64,000 nucleotides of DNA, from positions 11 to 64,010 of the forward strand of contig JAFXRI010000024.1 of NCBI GenBank assembly GCA_017526445.1. Reading direction: 5' to 3'. The translations under genes and the position numbers were made by a program. The stretch is from Ruminococcus sp. GTDB taxonomy: Bacteria; Bacillota; Clostridia; Oscillospirales; Ruminococcaceae. Below the pieces are notes generated by a model, which searched no databases, was not told where the DNA came from, and saw nothing but the letters and a program-made list of their open reading frames with translations. This document shows positions 49,795 to 59,048 of the stretch, piece after piece; positions within the stretch are counted from its first letter, which is position 1; every line of letters begins with the position of its first letter.

Positions 49795-50976
49795 TTATGT
49801 CGGGATGACAAACGGTGTTGAACTGCCGTTATCATAAAAGCTTCCCGTGATCTTGTCGAGAAGCCCGATATGGCCGTCGGTGTCTCTCTGAGCAGGGACG
49901 AGGTTGTGAAGTAGCGTGCCGGATGTGTTGTCATAGATCTTGGCGCTGTATAGAGTCATTTGTACGATGCTGAAAACTATGTCGTTGGCCGGGACATCGC
50001 CTCGGAACCCGAAAAGTCTGATAGGAACAGCTGTGCTTCCTTGACAGCCGCCAACAAGTGTCCAGGTATGGCGCTCTGCCCATATATTCTGCGACGCTGT
50101 AGTTTCCGTTAACTCAGCGCCGTTATAGCTTCCCATTGCCACCTGCGGTGCAGCGCTGATCGTGTCCATAAACATAGCGATCTTCTCAGTGGATGTAATT
50201 GGCGAGATCGCTGTCGCGGCACCAAAGAAAAAGTCTCCGGAAGCCGGCTCAAAATTTGAGAACATACAGTCGAATTCGATCCTCTGCGAGCTGAGGTCCA
50301 TATAAATGTCTGTATCGACGAACTGCTGCCCGGTGCTGCGAATGTACTCGATCTCTGAATATCCCGATGAACGAGTATATCTGACCGTTACATAAGCCTT
50401 GCAGCTGCTGCGGTCGGTGGTACCGTTATATACTGTCAGATCTGTATCGGACAGGCTGTAACAGGTAGCATCGATGGGAACGGCCGAGGCTCCGTCGGTG
50501 CCTATCGGCATACACTCCAACGGCCGGGAAAAACCCGATCCGATAAGCTGTCCTCTGCTTTCAACTATCTCTCCGAGGGAAGATATGCCGAGAGATACGG
50601 TGACCGCCCTTGAGGTGCTGTCTCCGAGGGGTGATACGACGTATGTTTTCTCGAACAGTGCGCTGCCATCTATCCAGGTTCCGATGCACTGTTCCGTTGC
50701 AGAATAGACACGGCGAGGCACGGGCTCGCCGCTGCGTAAAGCGATATACCCGCTTGAGGGCAGCGTGCGGTACTCTATCCACACGCTGTCACCTTCGGTG
50801 AGTGTTTCCGAGCTTTTATTCAGCAGCTCGTGTTCTGTACCGCCCGTGAGCCTGACTCTCGCTTTCTGCTGAAGGCTGTCTACCGACAGCACCACGGCAG
50901 ATTCACGCTTCACAGGCTGCATCTGACTGATTCTTTCTGACGCAAGCTTGCCCACAAGCTCGTTAAGCTTATTCAT
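49795..50976 (-). CDS. Modular tail tip/fibre protein
   Basis: YSATEQCIGTWIDG and IEYIRSTGQQFVDT modules; located between baseplate and holin genes. Confidence 0.6.
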   Translation of the reverse strand: MNKLNELVGKLASERISQMQPVKRESAVVLSVDSLQQKARVRLTGGTEHELLNKSSETLTEGDSVWIEYRTLPSSGYIALRSGEPVPRRVYSATEQCIGTWIDGSALFEKTYVVSPLGDSTSRAVTVSLGISSLGEIVESRGQLIGSGFSRPLECMPIGTDGASAVPIDATCYSLSDTDLTVYNGTTDRSSCKAYVTVRYTRSSGYSEIEYIRSTGQQFVDTDIYMDLSSQRIEFDCMFSNFEPASGDFFFGAATAISPITSTEKIAMFMDTISAAPQVAMGSYNGAELTETTASQNIWAERHTWTLVGGCQGSTAVPIRLFGFRGDVPANDIVFSIVQMTLYSAKIYDNTSGTLLHNLVPAQRDTDGHIGLLDKITGSFYDNGSSTPFVIPT

Positions 50977-52171
50977 ATCCGATCACGCTCCTGTTTGAGG
51001 GCATAAAGGCTGTATTTGATGCCTTGACACCCATTGCTCTGCTGCCCAGGTCTATGCTCAGGCTGTCTATGACGAAATCCTCGTCTTTATAGCGTATCAC
51101 CTTGTCAACGTCGAAATGTGGGAGGTATATGCTTGTAAAAGCTTCCGAAACGCTGTCCCGCGTTCTCTGGAGGAGCAGATACTCAGCGTACTCCCGGCAC
51201 TTAGCAAGGCTGTCGCCCGAGGATGTATCGCCTATGGAGATATACCTCACGGGCGGATCCGCCCAGCGCTCCCCGACTGCTCCGACGTTGACAGGCGACT
51301 GAGCATTGAGGTTTCTGGCAGTATATGATACTGTCTCGCCGCTGACACTGTCCGAGGCTACAGTAACGCAGTTGACGCCGTCAAAGCGGTGTGTTCCCAC
51401 CTCCGAGCCTGCCTGCACCGTCTTGTCCCGGTCACTGTATCTGTAGATATACCCAAGGTGAATATACCACTCCGGACGGCTGTATGTAGGCCTGCGCTGG
51501 AATACCAGATGCCCCGCGGGATTGTAGTAACAGTCAGCGCCGTACATCTCCGCAAGCCGTGTGATGATGTCGCCGTAATGCTGCCCTGCTGACAGAGCTA
51601 TGTCGGAATAGAGCGGCTCTGCGTCGAAATACGGATCTATGAGCGGAGGCACGGGATCTATGGGATACCCGCACCCGATATCGCGGAGCAGAGCCTCGCG
51701 GATGACCTCCCCGACATAGACCGTCCCTCGGGAGATATCTGTGGAGAACGGGGTGCTGAGCGTGCCGACATTGTACTCGCCGTTAAGGTTTGCGTACTTA
51801 TCGACTCCAGAGAGTCTGACGACCCCCCGAGTGATCTGAGCTTCGCTGCACAGAAACACCCCTTGTGAGAAACGGTAAGTGTCGGTACCGTCGCTGAGTT
51901 CTGCCAGGATCTTGATCTTCCTGTTGTACCAAATATCCGAGTTCTTGTTTGGCGTGAAGATGCCGTCTTTGTCGTAGAGCTTCAGCGAAAGGCTTCTGCG
52001 GCATCCGTTCCCCTTGTTTACAGTCAGGCCGCTTTCACTCCTGACGATCTCGGCGCTGTACTCGCCCAAGGCATTCTCCCAGTGGTCCAAAGGCTGTATC
52101 AAGAACTTTACGGCGCTGTCTTTATACAGAAGTTCCTCGCAGGCCTGCGAGATATAATCAGTGTAGATCAT
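50969..52171 (-). CDS. Baseplate hub / Tal-like tail protein
   Basis: RRSLSL, GVF, YYNPAGHLVF, N.VTV pattern; position after TMP. Confidence 0.6.
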   Translation of the reverse strand: MIYTDYISQACEELLYKDSAVKFLIQPLDHWENALGEYSAEIVRSESGLTVNKGNGCRRSLSLKLYDKDGIFTPNKNSDIWYNRKIKILAELSDGTDTYRFSQGVFLCSEAQITRGVVRLSGVDKYANLNGEYNVGTLSTPFSTDISRGTVYVGEVIREALLRDIGCGYPIDPVPPLIDPYFDAEPLYSDIALSAGQHYGDIITRLAEMYGADCYYNPAGHLVFQRRPTYSRPEWYIHLGYIYRYSDRDKTVQAGSEVGTHRFDGVNCVTVASDSVSGETVSYTARNLNAQSPVNVGAVGERWADPPVRYISIGDTSSGDSLAKCREYAEYLLLQRTRDSVSEAFTSIYLPHFDVDKVIRYKDEDFVIDSLSIDLGSRAMGVKASNTAFMPSNRSVIGYE

Positions 52172-53790
52172 ATCATCGCCTCCCCGGTCCTGCAGATCTC
52201 TGTCCAGCCGATGGTGTATGCCGTCATTCCTGTTTTGTAGTCCCTCGCTCTCGACAGAGAGGTCACAGTTACGATCCGTGCAGTCCCTGCGTTGTCGAGC
52301 ATCAGGAAGGGCCCTTTGTATGACAGGAAACTATCCAGTGACGACTGGCGTCCGATACCGTCTATGATCGGCTCGGAGATGTCTCCCATCTGGTCTGCGA
52401 ACACGGTCAGGCTCCCGCTTTCATACTCTGTCTCGTCATATATCGGCGAGGGCTGTCCTGTCTGCGTGCCGATAAGCTGAGTGCCGAGTACTCTGTCTGT
52501 ATCGGACTGTTCGCTGTTGATATCGAAGTACATAGATCCTATGATGCTGAATTTCCGCCTGTGATATGATCTCTCGCCCTCGCGGAGCTTGGAGATCCTT
52601 ACACGGCGGGATGTGACAGTGATGGTGCATACCGCAGGATCTGTCAGCAAACTGGCTGCGATGTAGGTATAGTTTTTTCCGCTTTCAGCGAAGCAGTCAT
52701 CGAGATAGCTCCCGTGACCAAGTATGCCTACAAGCACGGCATTTCCGATACTTTCTGCGTCTGTGAATGTGCCTTCTGCCCGCCAGATGAACAGAGGGAT
52801 CGAAAAGTCGTTCGAGCCCGTGATCCTGATCGTTCTTGCTGTTATATTTTCCTCGGCTGAGACCGAAGCACTCCCCCTGAACGGAGGCGATCCGGGAACG
52901 GCGCTCACCTGCACGCTCTTGTTTTCCTGCGTCATAACAGTGCAGCTCACTGCAAGCGGAGCTGTTCTCCACGGTGTTGGAAAAAGATCGGTGAAGGTAT
53001 ATGAAAAACTCTTGTCGCCTTGCTCATTATTGTACGAGAACCGATACCACTGCATAGCGACGTCTTCGTCCTGCTCATATGTTCCTTCTACTTTCACACC
53101 CTGGTAGTTTGTGCCGTCATATTCCGCGATGATCGTCACCTCGGGATCGCTTCGGCAGTACCAGAAAAACGGTTCGCATTCCAGGTAGTTAGAAATAAGT
53201 CTGAAAGGCGTGCCCGCCGTGACTGTTACGTCGCTTTCGAGCGTTGCTATGCCGGTATTCTTGCTGTAGCTGCTGATGAGCGTCTGGACTCCGCCGATTT
53301 CCAACATACAGCCGCCGATCAGTCTTCTGTTCGGCTCTTCACCGTAATAAACCGCGGGAATGATCGACGTGATGTCCTTCCCGATATTTACCTCTGTCGC
53401 AGCCGTTGCATCCTGCTGGATCCTGCCCGATCCCAGCAGTACATCATACTTTCCGGGGCCTGTGTTCTCGGGATGCTCAACAGACTCGGGGTAGTTCTGG
53501 AAGATCGTGGGGACCTCGGTGTAATCGTGGCCGAGATAGTATTCGAGGCCGGGGACATTGCCTCCGAAGCTCCCATAGAAGTATTCGCCGTTATGCTTGG
53601 CGATCATCTGCCCGCCTCTCGGATAATGCCAGGTGCGATGAGTGCCGGCAGTATTGTCATACTCCGAGAAACTGATCCACGAAAGGCTGTCACAGTTGAC
53701 TTTGAATGAGAGCGTGTGAGTTTCGGTGGCATCCAGCGCCTGACCGTCTATGTTTATATTTGTAATCGTTCTGAGAGTTGATCTGCTCAT
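52168..53790 (-). CDS. Tail protein (distal tail-like, beta-rich)
   Basis: 540-aa ORF directly after the tape measure gene. Confidence 0.55.
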   Translation of the reverse strand: MSRSTLRTITNINIDGQALDATETHTLSFKVNCDSLSWISFSEYDNTAGTHRTWHYPRGGQMIAKHNGEYFYGSFGGNVPGLEYYLGHDYTEVPTIFQNYPESVEHPENTGPGKYDVLLGSGRIQQDATAATEVNIGKDITSIIPAVYYGEEPNRRLIGGCMLEIGGVQTLISSYSKNTGIATLESDVTVTAGTPFRLISNYLECEPFFWYCRSDPEVTIIAEYDGTNYQGVKVEGTYEQDEDVAMQWYRFSYNNEQGDKSFSYTFTDLFPTPWRTAPLAVSCTVMTQENKSVQVSAVPGSPPFRGSASVSAEENITARTIRITGSNDFSIPLFIWRAEGTFTDAESIGNAVLVGILGHGSYLDDCFAESGKNYTYIAASLLTDPAVCTITVTSRRVRISKLREGERSYHRRKFSIIGSMYFDINSEQSDTDRVLGTQLIGTQTGQPSPIYDETEYESGSLTVFADQMGDISEPIIDGIGRQSSLDSFLSYKGPFLMLDNAGTARIVTVTSLSRARDYKTGMTAYTIGWTEICRTGEAMI

Positions 53791-56700
53791 TATTGACCTC
53801 CCGTCTGCCGGTCTCTGTCGGCTCTGTCGATATAATCTGAAAGATACTCGTCGAAAAACTTCCGCGCTTCGGAGTTCATCAGCGTGCGGAGCTGCTCCAC
53901 CGTTCCGCTGTCGGCGGAACCTGATATATAGATGTTCCCGGCGTGATACTCGACGTTTACGTTCTGCTGCTTCGAGGATCCCGCCGAGGGCAGCCGCATC
54001 CCGGAAAGATCGGGCAGGAGGCTTGACAGATCATATCCTTGCAGATCGGGTGCCTTGATATCAAAACCGAACTTCTGTGAAAGCAGGGATGCAAGCTCCA
54101 GCTGCTTGGATTGCAGAGCCGCTGCAGCCTTGTCTATGGCTGCGGTGTCCTGCTCGGTGTGAAAACCTGCTGCAGCTGAAAAGACGTTCACCTGCTTGTT
54201 CTCTGCTCCCTCCAGCTGACGCCTTGCATCCCGGACAGCATTGATACGGTCGAGGAGTGTCTTTGTGTTTGACAGCTCTTCCTCCTGCTGCTTTTTAAGC
54301 CCGCTGTAAACTGTTTCCTCCAGCTTCTGATACTCTGTCAGATACTCGGCTCGGTTCTCGTAGTAGCGCTTGTTTATCTCCTCGAGCCTGCGGTAGTACT
54401 CCTCGGCAGAGATCTCACCCATTTTATAGAGATGCTCAACCTGGGTGATCTCCTGCTCGGCTGACTGTTTCCAGTAATCGGCCGCAGAAGACTGCGCGGT
54501 GCTGGAGACTGTGGAGGAGGCGCCATCGAAGTACTTGCCCGAGAAGATATCAGCGCATATCTGCCTGTATTCTTCTGCCCTGCCCTTGGCATCGCTCCAC
54601 TGTTTATCAGCCTCGTCAAACTGCTTTTTCAGCTCCGGGAACAGCTGTTCATCGCTGAGACCGTACATCGCAGTTCGGCTCCGCTCATAATTGTACTTGT
54701 ATGCGACGTCGTCATAGTCCTGCTTGGCAAGCCGTTCTGCTTCCTCGGCCTCGGTAAGCATCAGCCGCGCCTTTTCCTCGATGAGCTTCCGGATGCTTTC
54801 AGCTTCCAGCTCATAGCCCTCTGAGGTCTGATGTATGCTCCCGGCGAGCTCGGGGTATTTCTCGATGAGATCAAGCATCTGGGCGGTGGAATATTTCGTA
54901 CCGGAGTTCACCTTGCCCAGCTCAGAGATAAGCGATGCCAGCTCGCTTTTATATGACGAGGCGGCAGACTTGGCGTCCTCAAATGCGTCGGAAACTTCTT
55001 CGAGCGCTTCGGAGGTGTCGCCCGCAGCTCCACAAACCGTATCGATTGTGCCGGCAGTATCGGCGAGAGTGTCTGAATAGTTGCTTGTTAATTCCGTAAT
55101 ACTGTCGAGGTCTCCCTGCAATTCTTTAACCTTGTCGGATGCATCATTGAATCGTACAGTTATAGCCGACTCTTGCACTTCTAATTCGCGCAGCTCTTTT
55201 TTTAGTGCTTTGTTGTCAAATGCTATCTCATTTCCGCTCGAATACTGTTCTTGCCATGCTTTATCAATCTCTGAAATGAATTCGTGAACAGATTTCTTTT
55301 CTTCAAGCCCATATTTTTGGGCTATTTCCTTGATTTTATCTTGCTTAGCCTTTGATATGCTTTCAAGCTCAAGTTCCAGCTTGTTTCTATCGAGCTGAGC
55401 TGACGTCAGGTCCTGAGCAATGCTTTCCTGATTTGCCAGTGCCGCCTTTGCAAGGGCAAGCTCTTTGCTCTTTTCAATGCTCTTTTCGATCTCGTCTCGC
55501 TGTGTCCTGAGCTCGGCGGTCTCTTTATTGAAGGCGATGCTCAGGCCGTCAACTCCGCTTTCAAGCTTGCTGACGATCTCGGCCATTTCGGCCTTCTGAT
55601 CCTGCGATTTGCTTTCGACCTCGCTGAGTTCATAGAGCCGCTCGACCAGCTTCTCATATCCGTGGTACTCACCCTCGATGTCCGAGGTCGCTTTCTGCCT
55701 CGCTTCACGGTTCTGGTCTATCTTGTCTTTAAGCTGATCATAGCTCTTTACGGCTTCGTTATTCTGCTCAAGCTCTTTTTCGACCTTGTCAAAGAACTCT
55801 CCGAAGGCGGCATTCGCTTCGTACTGAGCAGCAACAAAGTTCATTATCCCGGTTATAGCAAGAGTCGCTACCGCCGCGATGACTGCATATGGGTTGGCAG
55901 CTGCGGCTGCATTCATGCCGTTCTGAGCAGCTGTGGCCGCTTCGGTGGCGGTTGTGAAATACTTGATCGTTCTGGTGAGAGCGCTTACTATATTTGAGAT
56001 GCTCATTGCTGCCTTATAAGCGATCAAAGCCTCTACGCCTGCCAGTATCGCAGAGCGGTACTCATAGATGAATTTTGCAGCCGAGCTCACGACAGACACA
56101 AACCCCTCGACAGCTGAAGCTGCAGCATCCGCGATCTCCGCAAGGGTGCCGTCTTCTTTGGCCTCCTGTACCAGCTTCAGCAGACGGTCAGCTCCGCCGA
56201 ACAAGCTGTCAAAGCTGTTCACCAGCTCCCCTCCGATTATCATTGATGCGCCCTTGAGCTGCTGCTTGGAGATATCGAGCTTATCATTCATCTCGTTGAG
56301 ATTGTCAAGCGTCTGCTGATCAAAGATTATGCCCATACTCTCGGCCTGATCGCCGTAGTATTTGAGTGCCTCGGCTCCCGCTTTAATGAGAGGGTTAAGA
56401 TCCTGAGCCTGCCGGCCGAAGATCTGCATCGCGTAAGCATCACGCTGTGTCTCGTTCTCCACCTTGCCGAGGGCATCGATAACTTCATAGAATACATCGA
56501 GATTATTTCTCAGCTCACCGCTGCCGGTCCTGATGTTGATGCCAAGAGCTCCGAAGGCCTCTGCAGCATCTCCTGTGCCGTCCTTGGCGCCCTGCATATT
56601 TCTCACAAGACGCTGCAGAGAACTCTGCAGGGTGCTCACATCAACATCTATAAGACTGCTGGCATAGCTGAACTTCTGCAATTCCTCGGTGGAGATGCCT

Positions 56701-57230
56701 GTCACCTTGGAAAGAGTGTTTATATCATCCGCAGTCTTGGCCGAAGTAATCGCTATGCCCCCGAGGGCTGTCACGAGCGCTCCGACGGTCTTAGCAGCAG
56801 TCTTGACCTGCCCGGCTAACTTTTCGATAGAGTCGCTGAGGTCTTTCTTGATCGCATCGCCTGCCTCTTCGACCTGCTTTTTGAAGTTAGAAAGCGTTGT
56901 CTCCGTCCTGGCTATCTCGCGCTGGAGATCCTTGTATCTTGCCTCGGCGCCGTCAACGCCGTTGGCAATATCCGCCTGTGCAGAGGCCTGGGCCGATCTG
57001 AGCATCTCCAGACGCTTCTGCGTTACCTGGATGCCCTCGGACAGCTTCTGAAACTTCTGACTTGTCAGTTCAACATTCTTCGAGTCGAATTTCAAGCCCT
57101 TGTCTATCTCCTTGAGATCTCCGTTGATGCTCTTGGCCTGGGTGTCGATATCTTTCAGGGCCTTTCCGAGGCCTGTGGTGTCGGCTCCGAACTTGACGGT
57201 TATACCCTTGTATGTATTGTTATTCGCCAT
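53790..57230 (-). CDS. Tail tape measure protein
   Basis: KGITVKFGADTT start, Ala-rich helical, 1146 aa. Confidence 0.92.
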   Translation of the reverse strand: MANNNTYKGITVKFGADTTGLGKALKDIDTQAKSINGDLKEIDKGLKFDSKNVELTSQKFQKLSEGIQVTQKRLEMLRSAQASAQADIANGVDGAEARYKDLQREIARTETTLSNFKKQVEEAGDAIKKDLSDSIEKLAGQVKTAAKTVGALVTALGGIAITSAKTADDINTLSKVTGISTEELQKFSYASSLIDVDVSTLQSSLQRLVRNMQGAKDGTGDAAEAFGALGINIRTGSGELRNNLDVFYEVIDALGKVENETQRDAYAMQIFGRQAQDLNPLIKAGAEALKYYGDQAESMGIIFDQQTLDNLNEMNDKLDISKQQLKGASMIIGGELVNSFDSLFGGADRLLKLVQEAKEDGTLAEIADAAASAVEGFVSVVSSAAKFIYEYRSAILAGVEALIAYKAAMSISNIVSALTRTIKYFTTATEAATAAQNGMNAAAAANPYAVIAAVATLAITGIMNFVAAQYEANAAFGEFFDKVEKELEQNNEAVKSYDQLKDKIDQNREARQKATSDIEGEYHGYEKLVERLYELSEVESKSQDQKAEMAEIVSKLESGVDGLSIAFNKETAELRTQRDEIEKSIEKSKELALAKAALANQESIAQDLTSAQLDRNKLELELESISKAKQDKIKEIAQKYGLEEKKSVHEFISEIDKAWQEQYSSGNEIAFDNKALKKELRELEVQESAITVRFNDASDKVKELQGDLDSITELTSNYSDTLADTAGTIDTVCGAAGDTSEALEEVSDAFEDAKSAASSYKSELASLISELGKVNSGTKYSTAQMLDLIEKYPELAGSIHQTSEGYELEAESIRKLIEEKARLMLTEAEEAERLAKQDYDDVAYKYNYERSRTAMYGLSDEQLFPELKKQFDEADKQWSDAKGRAEEYRQICADIFSGKYFDGASSTVSSTAQSSAADYWKQSAEQEITQVEHLYKMGEISAEEYYRRLEEINKRYYENRAEYLTEYQKLEETVYSGLKKQQEEELSNTKTLLDRINAVRDARRQLEGAENKQVNVFSAAAGFHTEQDTAAIDKAAAALQSKQLELASLLSQKFGFDIKAPDLQGYDLSSLLPDLSGMRLPSAGSSKQQNVNVEYHAGNIYISGSADSGTVEQLRTLMNSEARKFFDEYLSDYIDRADRDRQTGGQ

Positions 57231-57359
57231 TGTGTCACCTCGATTTGGATATAATAAAAGCACCTTGCCCGCAGGCTTGGTGCTGTGTGGTCGTATTCAA
57301 TTTTGGATATAAGAAAACCGCCTTGCTGCGGGCGGTTAACTGAATTATTAGCTAAATTA

Positions 57360-57572
57360 TCAGTTAGAAATTGGTTTGATTCCAAATATTTGCTCGGTTT
57401 CAAATCTAATTATATCCGAAGAAGTTGCGTTCGGGTTCGCTTTGATAAATCCAATCACCCTATCGGCATATCCTTCGTCAGATTCAGCCTCCATAATCCC
57501 GCCCTCGACAAAGTCGTCATAAGAATCATCAACAGATTCAAGCAGAGATCTGAGTTCCTCTACCTTTGTCAT
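57360..57572 (-). CDS. Small acidic protein, putative immunity partner
   Basis: 70 aa, 16 D/E vs 6 K/R; ATGA overlap with upstream gene. Confidence 0.6.
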   Translation of the reverse strand: MTKVEELRSLLESVDDSYDDFVEGGIMEAESDEGYADRVIGFIKANPNATSSDIIRFETEQIFGIKPISN

Positions 57573-57973
57573 TTCTTATGCTCCTTTACTCTGTAGATAT
57601 TGTAATCGCCTATCCCCCGGTTTTCAAAATAATAGGTCTTCTTTGTGGTCGTGTATCTGCACAATTCCTTACCTTTATACTTTGAATGCCATGTACGTCC
57701 AACCTGATCGGTAAAATTCTTATACTCCTTCGGCGGCAAATATACATTGGGATAATTGAACGGTACTCCGTTACTATCAAGTCTAACACTTTCCTGCGTA
57801 TTTGTCAAGTCGCCGCCCGTACCCGAACCGCCACTTGTCCACCTTCCGTCAGGTCCTCTTGACTGGTCATCAGAATATTTTACCAAATACTCAAACCTTC
57901 TGCCTTTGATTTTCAAAACCTCTATCTCCCGCCGAATACTCAGCATCACAATCTTTTCTTTCTCGGTCATCAT
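57569..57973 (-). CDS. Putative capsid-loaded effector/toxin
   Basis: N-terminal REIEVLKIKG, YSDDQSRGPDGRWTSGG motif, Gly/Ser linker, basic C-terminal domain; AT-rich. Confidence 0.55.
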   Translation of the reverse strand: MMTEKEKIVMLSIRREIEVLKIKGRRFEYLVKYSDDQSRGPDGRWTSGGSGTGGDLTNTQESVRLDSNGVPFNYPNVYLPPKEYKNFTDQVGRTWHSKYKGKELCRYTTTKKTYYFENRGIGDYNIYRVKEHKK

Positions 57974-58485
57974 AGCGCATCAAAGTCCTCCTGCGTAGCC
58001 GGGCGGGCTTCTTCTTTCTTGTAGCCCTTGATGCGGCACCATTCATCAAATATGCCGATGACCATAGGCAGGGGCATATCGTCAAGGTCGTTCACCGACA
58101 GACCGCAGGCAAGGGTGGAAGCTATCAGGTCCTCAGATGTGAACTCACGCCCGCTGTTGTTTCTTGCGGGCTTATCGTCTGTCCCAAGAGACGAGATGAA
58201 AAGAGCCTCGGCTGTCATTATGGCCTCGGCGAGATCGGGGACATCGAATTGCAGGATCCAGTCCGTAAACGGCAGGAGGCTCCTGTCAGCCGCTCTCGCC
58301 ATAGCCCAGAGCAGGCGCATCCCTATCCCCGCCACCTCCGCGATGCGGTCACTCGGAGAGATGTTCTGCAGGGCCTTGTAATCATCCTTGTATTCGCTGC
58401 GGAATTGCTTTTTATAGTGGATCAGCGCACCCGCACTTGCACTTAGCTGCACGGGTGTTCCGCCGATGATTATTTTCTGTGTCAT
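57970..58485 (-). CDS. Tail assembly chaperone (G and T parts in one frame)
   Basis: YKKQF..LLWAMA..W..QF G-like half; GLSVNDLDD...ATQEDFD T-like half. Confidence 0.75.
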   Translation of the reverse strand: MTQKIIIGGTPVQLSASAGALIHYKKQFRSEYKDDYKALQNISPSDRIAEVAGIGMRLLWAMARAADRSLLPFTDWILQFDVPDLAEAIMTAEALFISSLGTDDKPARNNSGREFTSEDLIASTLACGLSVNDLDDMPLPMVIGIFDEWCRIKGYKKEEARPATQEDFDAL

Positions 58486-58495
58486 ATTATCGTCC

Positions 58496-59035
58496 TCAAT
58501 AGAGCGCACTGAACCAGCTGTTAAAAACAGCTGCATTCGTTTCTTTTGCTATGCTCTTTTTTATGGCCCGTGATCCGAAGATGTCCCGGTTGGCGACAAG
58601 CTCCAGACTCCGTGTCTCGATCCGAGATGAACCGGAGAGTGTCGATGCATCGAATCTCGGCTTTCTGCACACGCAGTCAAGATAACTGTGTCTGATCATG
58701 TCCCCGCTCGTCGTGTGTGTCTCATAGAGCAAGGCAAAATGCACTGCGGGGTGCTCATTCTCGACGAGCACCCCGTTTGCATCTATGGTATAACCCAGCA
58801 CATCAGTGAGAAACGTCACAGGCAGACTTACGATCTCCAGACCGAGCTTGATGCCCTTGTCCATATAAGAGGCAACATACTCGGTCGGCTTGCCGATGAC
58901 ATTCGGGACTATCTTCAATTCCTGCATATTCGGCTCGCGTGTGAGCCTCACGGCTCCCGGCATCGGCACAGGGACCGCGTTAGCCGTCCTCAGACAGTAG
59001 TGGAAATTCTTAAAGCCGCAATGCGCGTTTCCCAT
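58496..59035 (-). CDS. Second, divergent major-tail-protein paralogue
   Basis: GFKNFHY, MPGAV.L, LP..F..DVLG, FALLYE align with 59049-59858. Confidence 0.7.
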   Translation of the reverse strand: MGNAHCGFKNFHYCLRTANAVPVPMPGAVRLTREPNMQELKIVPNVIGKPTEYVASYMDKGIKLGLEIVSLPVTFLTDVLGYTIDANGVLVENEHPAVHFALLYETHTTSGDMIRHSYLDCVCRKPRFDASTLSGSSRIETRSLELVANRDIFGSRAIKKSIAKETNAAVFNSWFSALY

Positions 59036-59048
59036 GATGCTTCACTCC

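Noticed and set aside
46622-50976. Diversity-generating retroelement targeting fibre genes
   Set aside because: No reverse transcriptase and no TR/VR repeat pair seen in the window.
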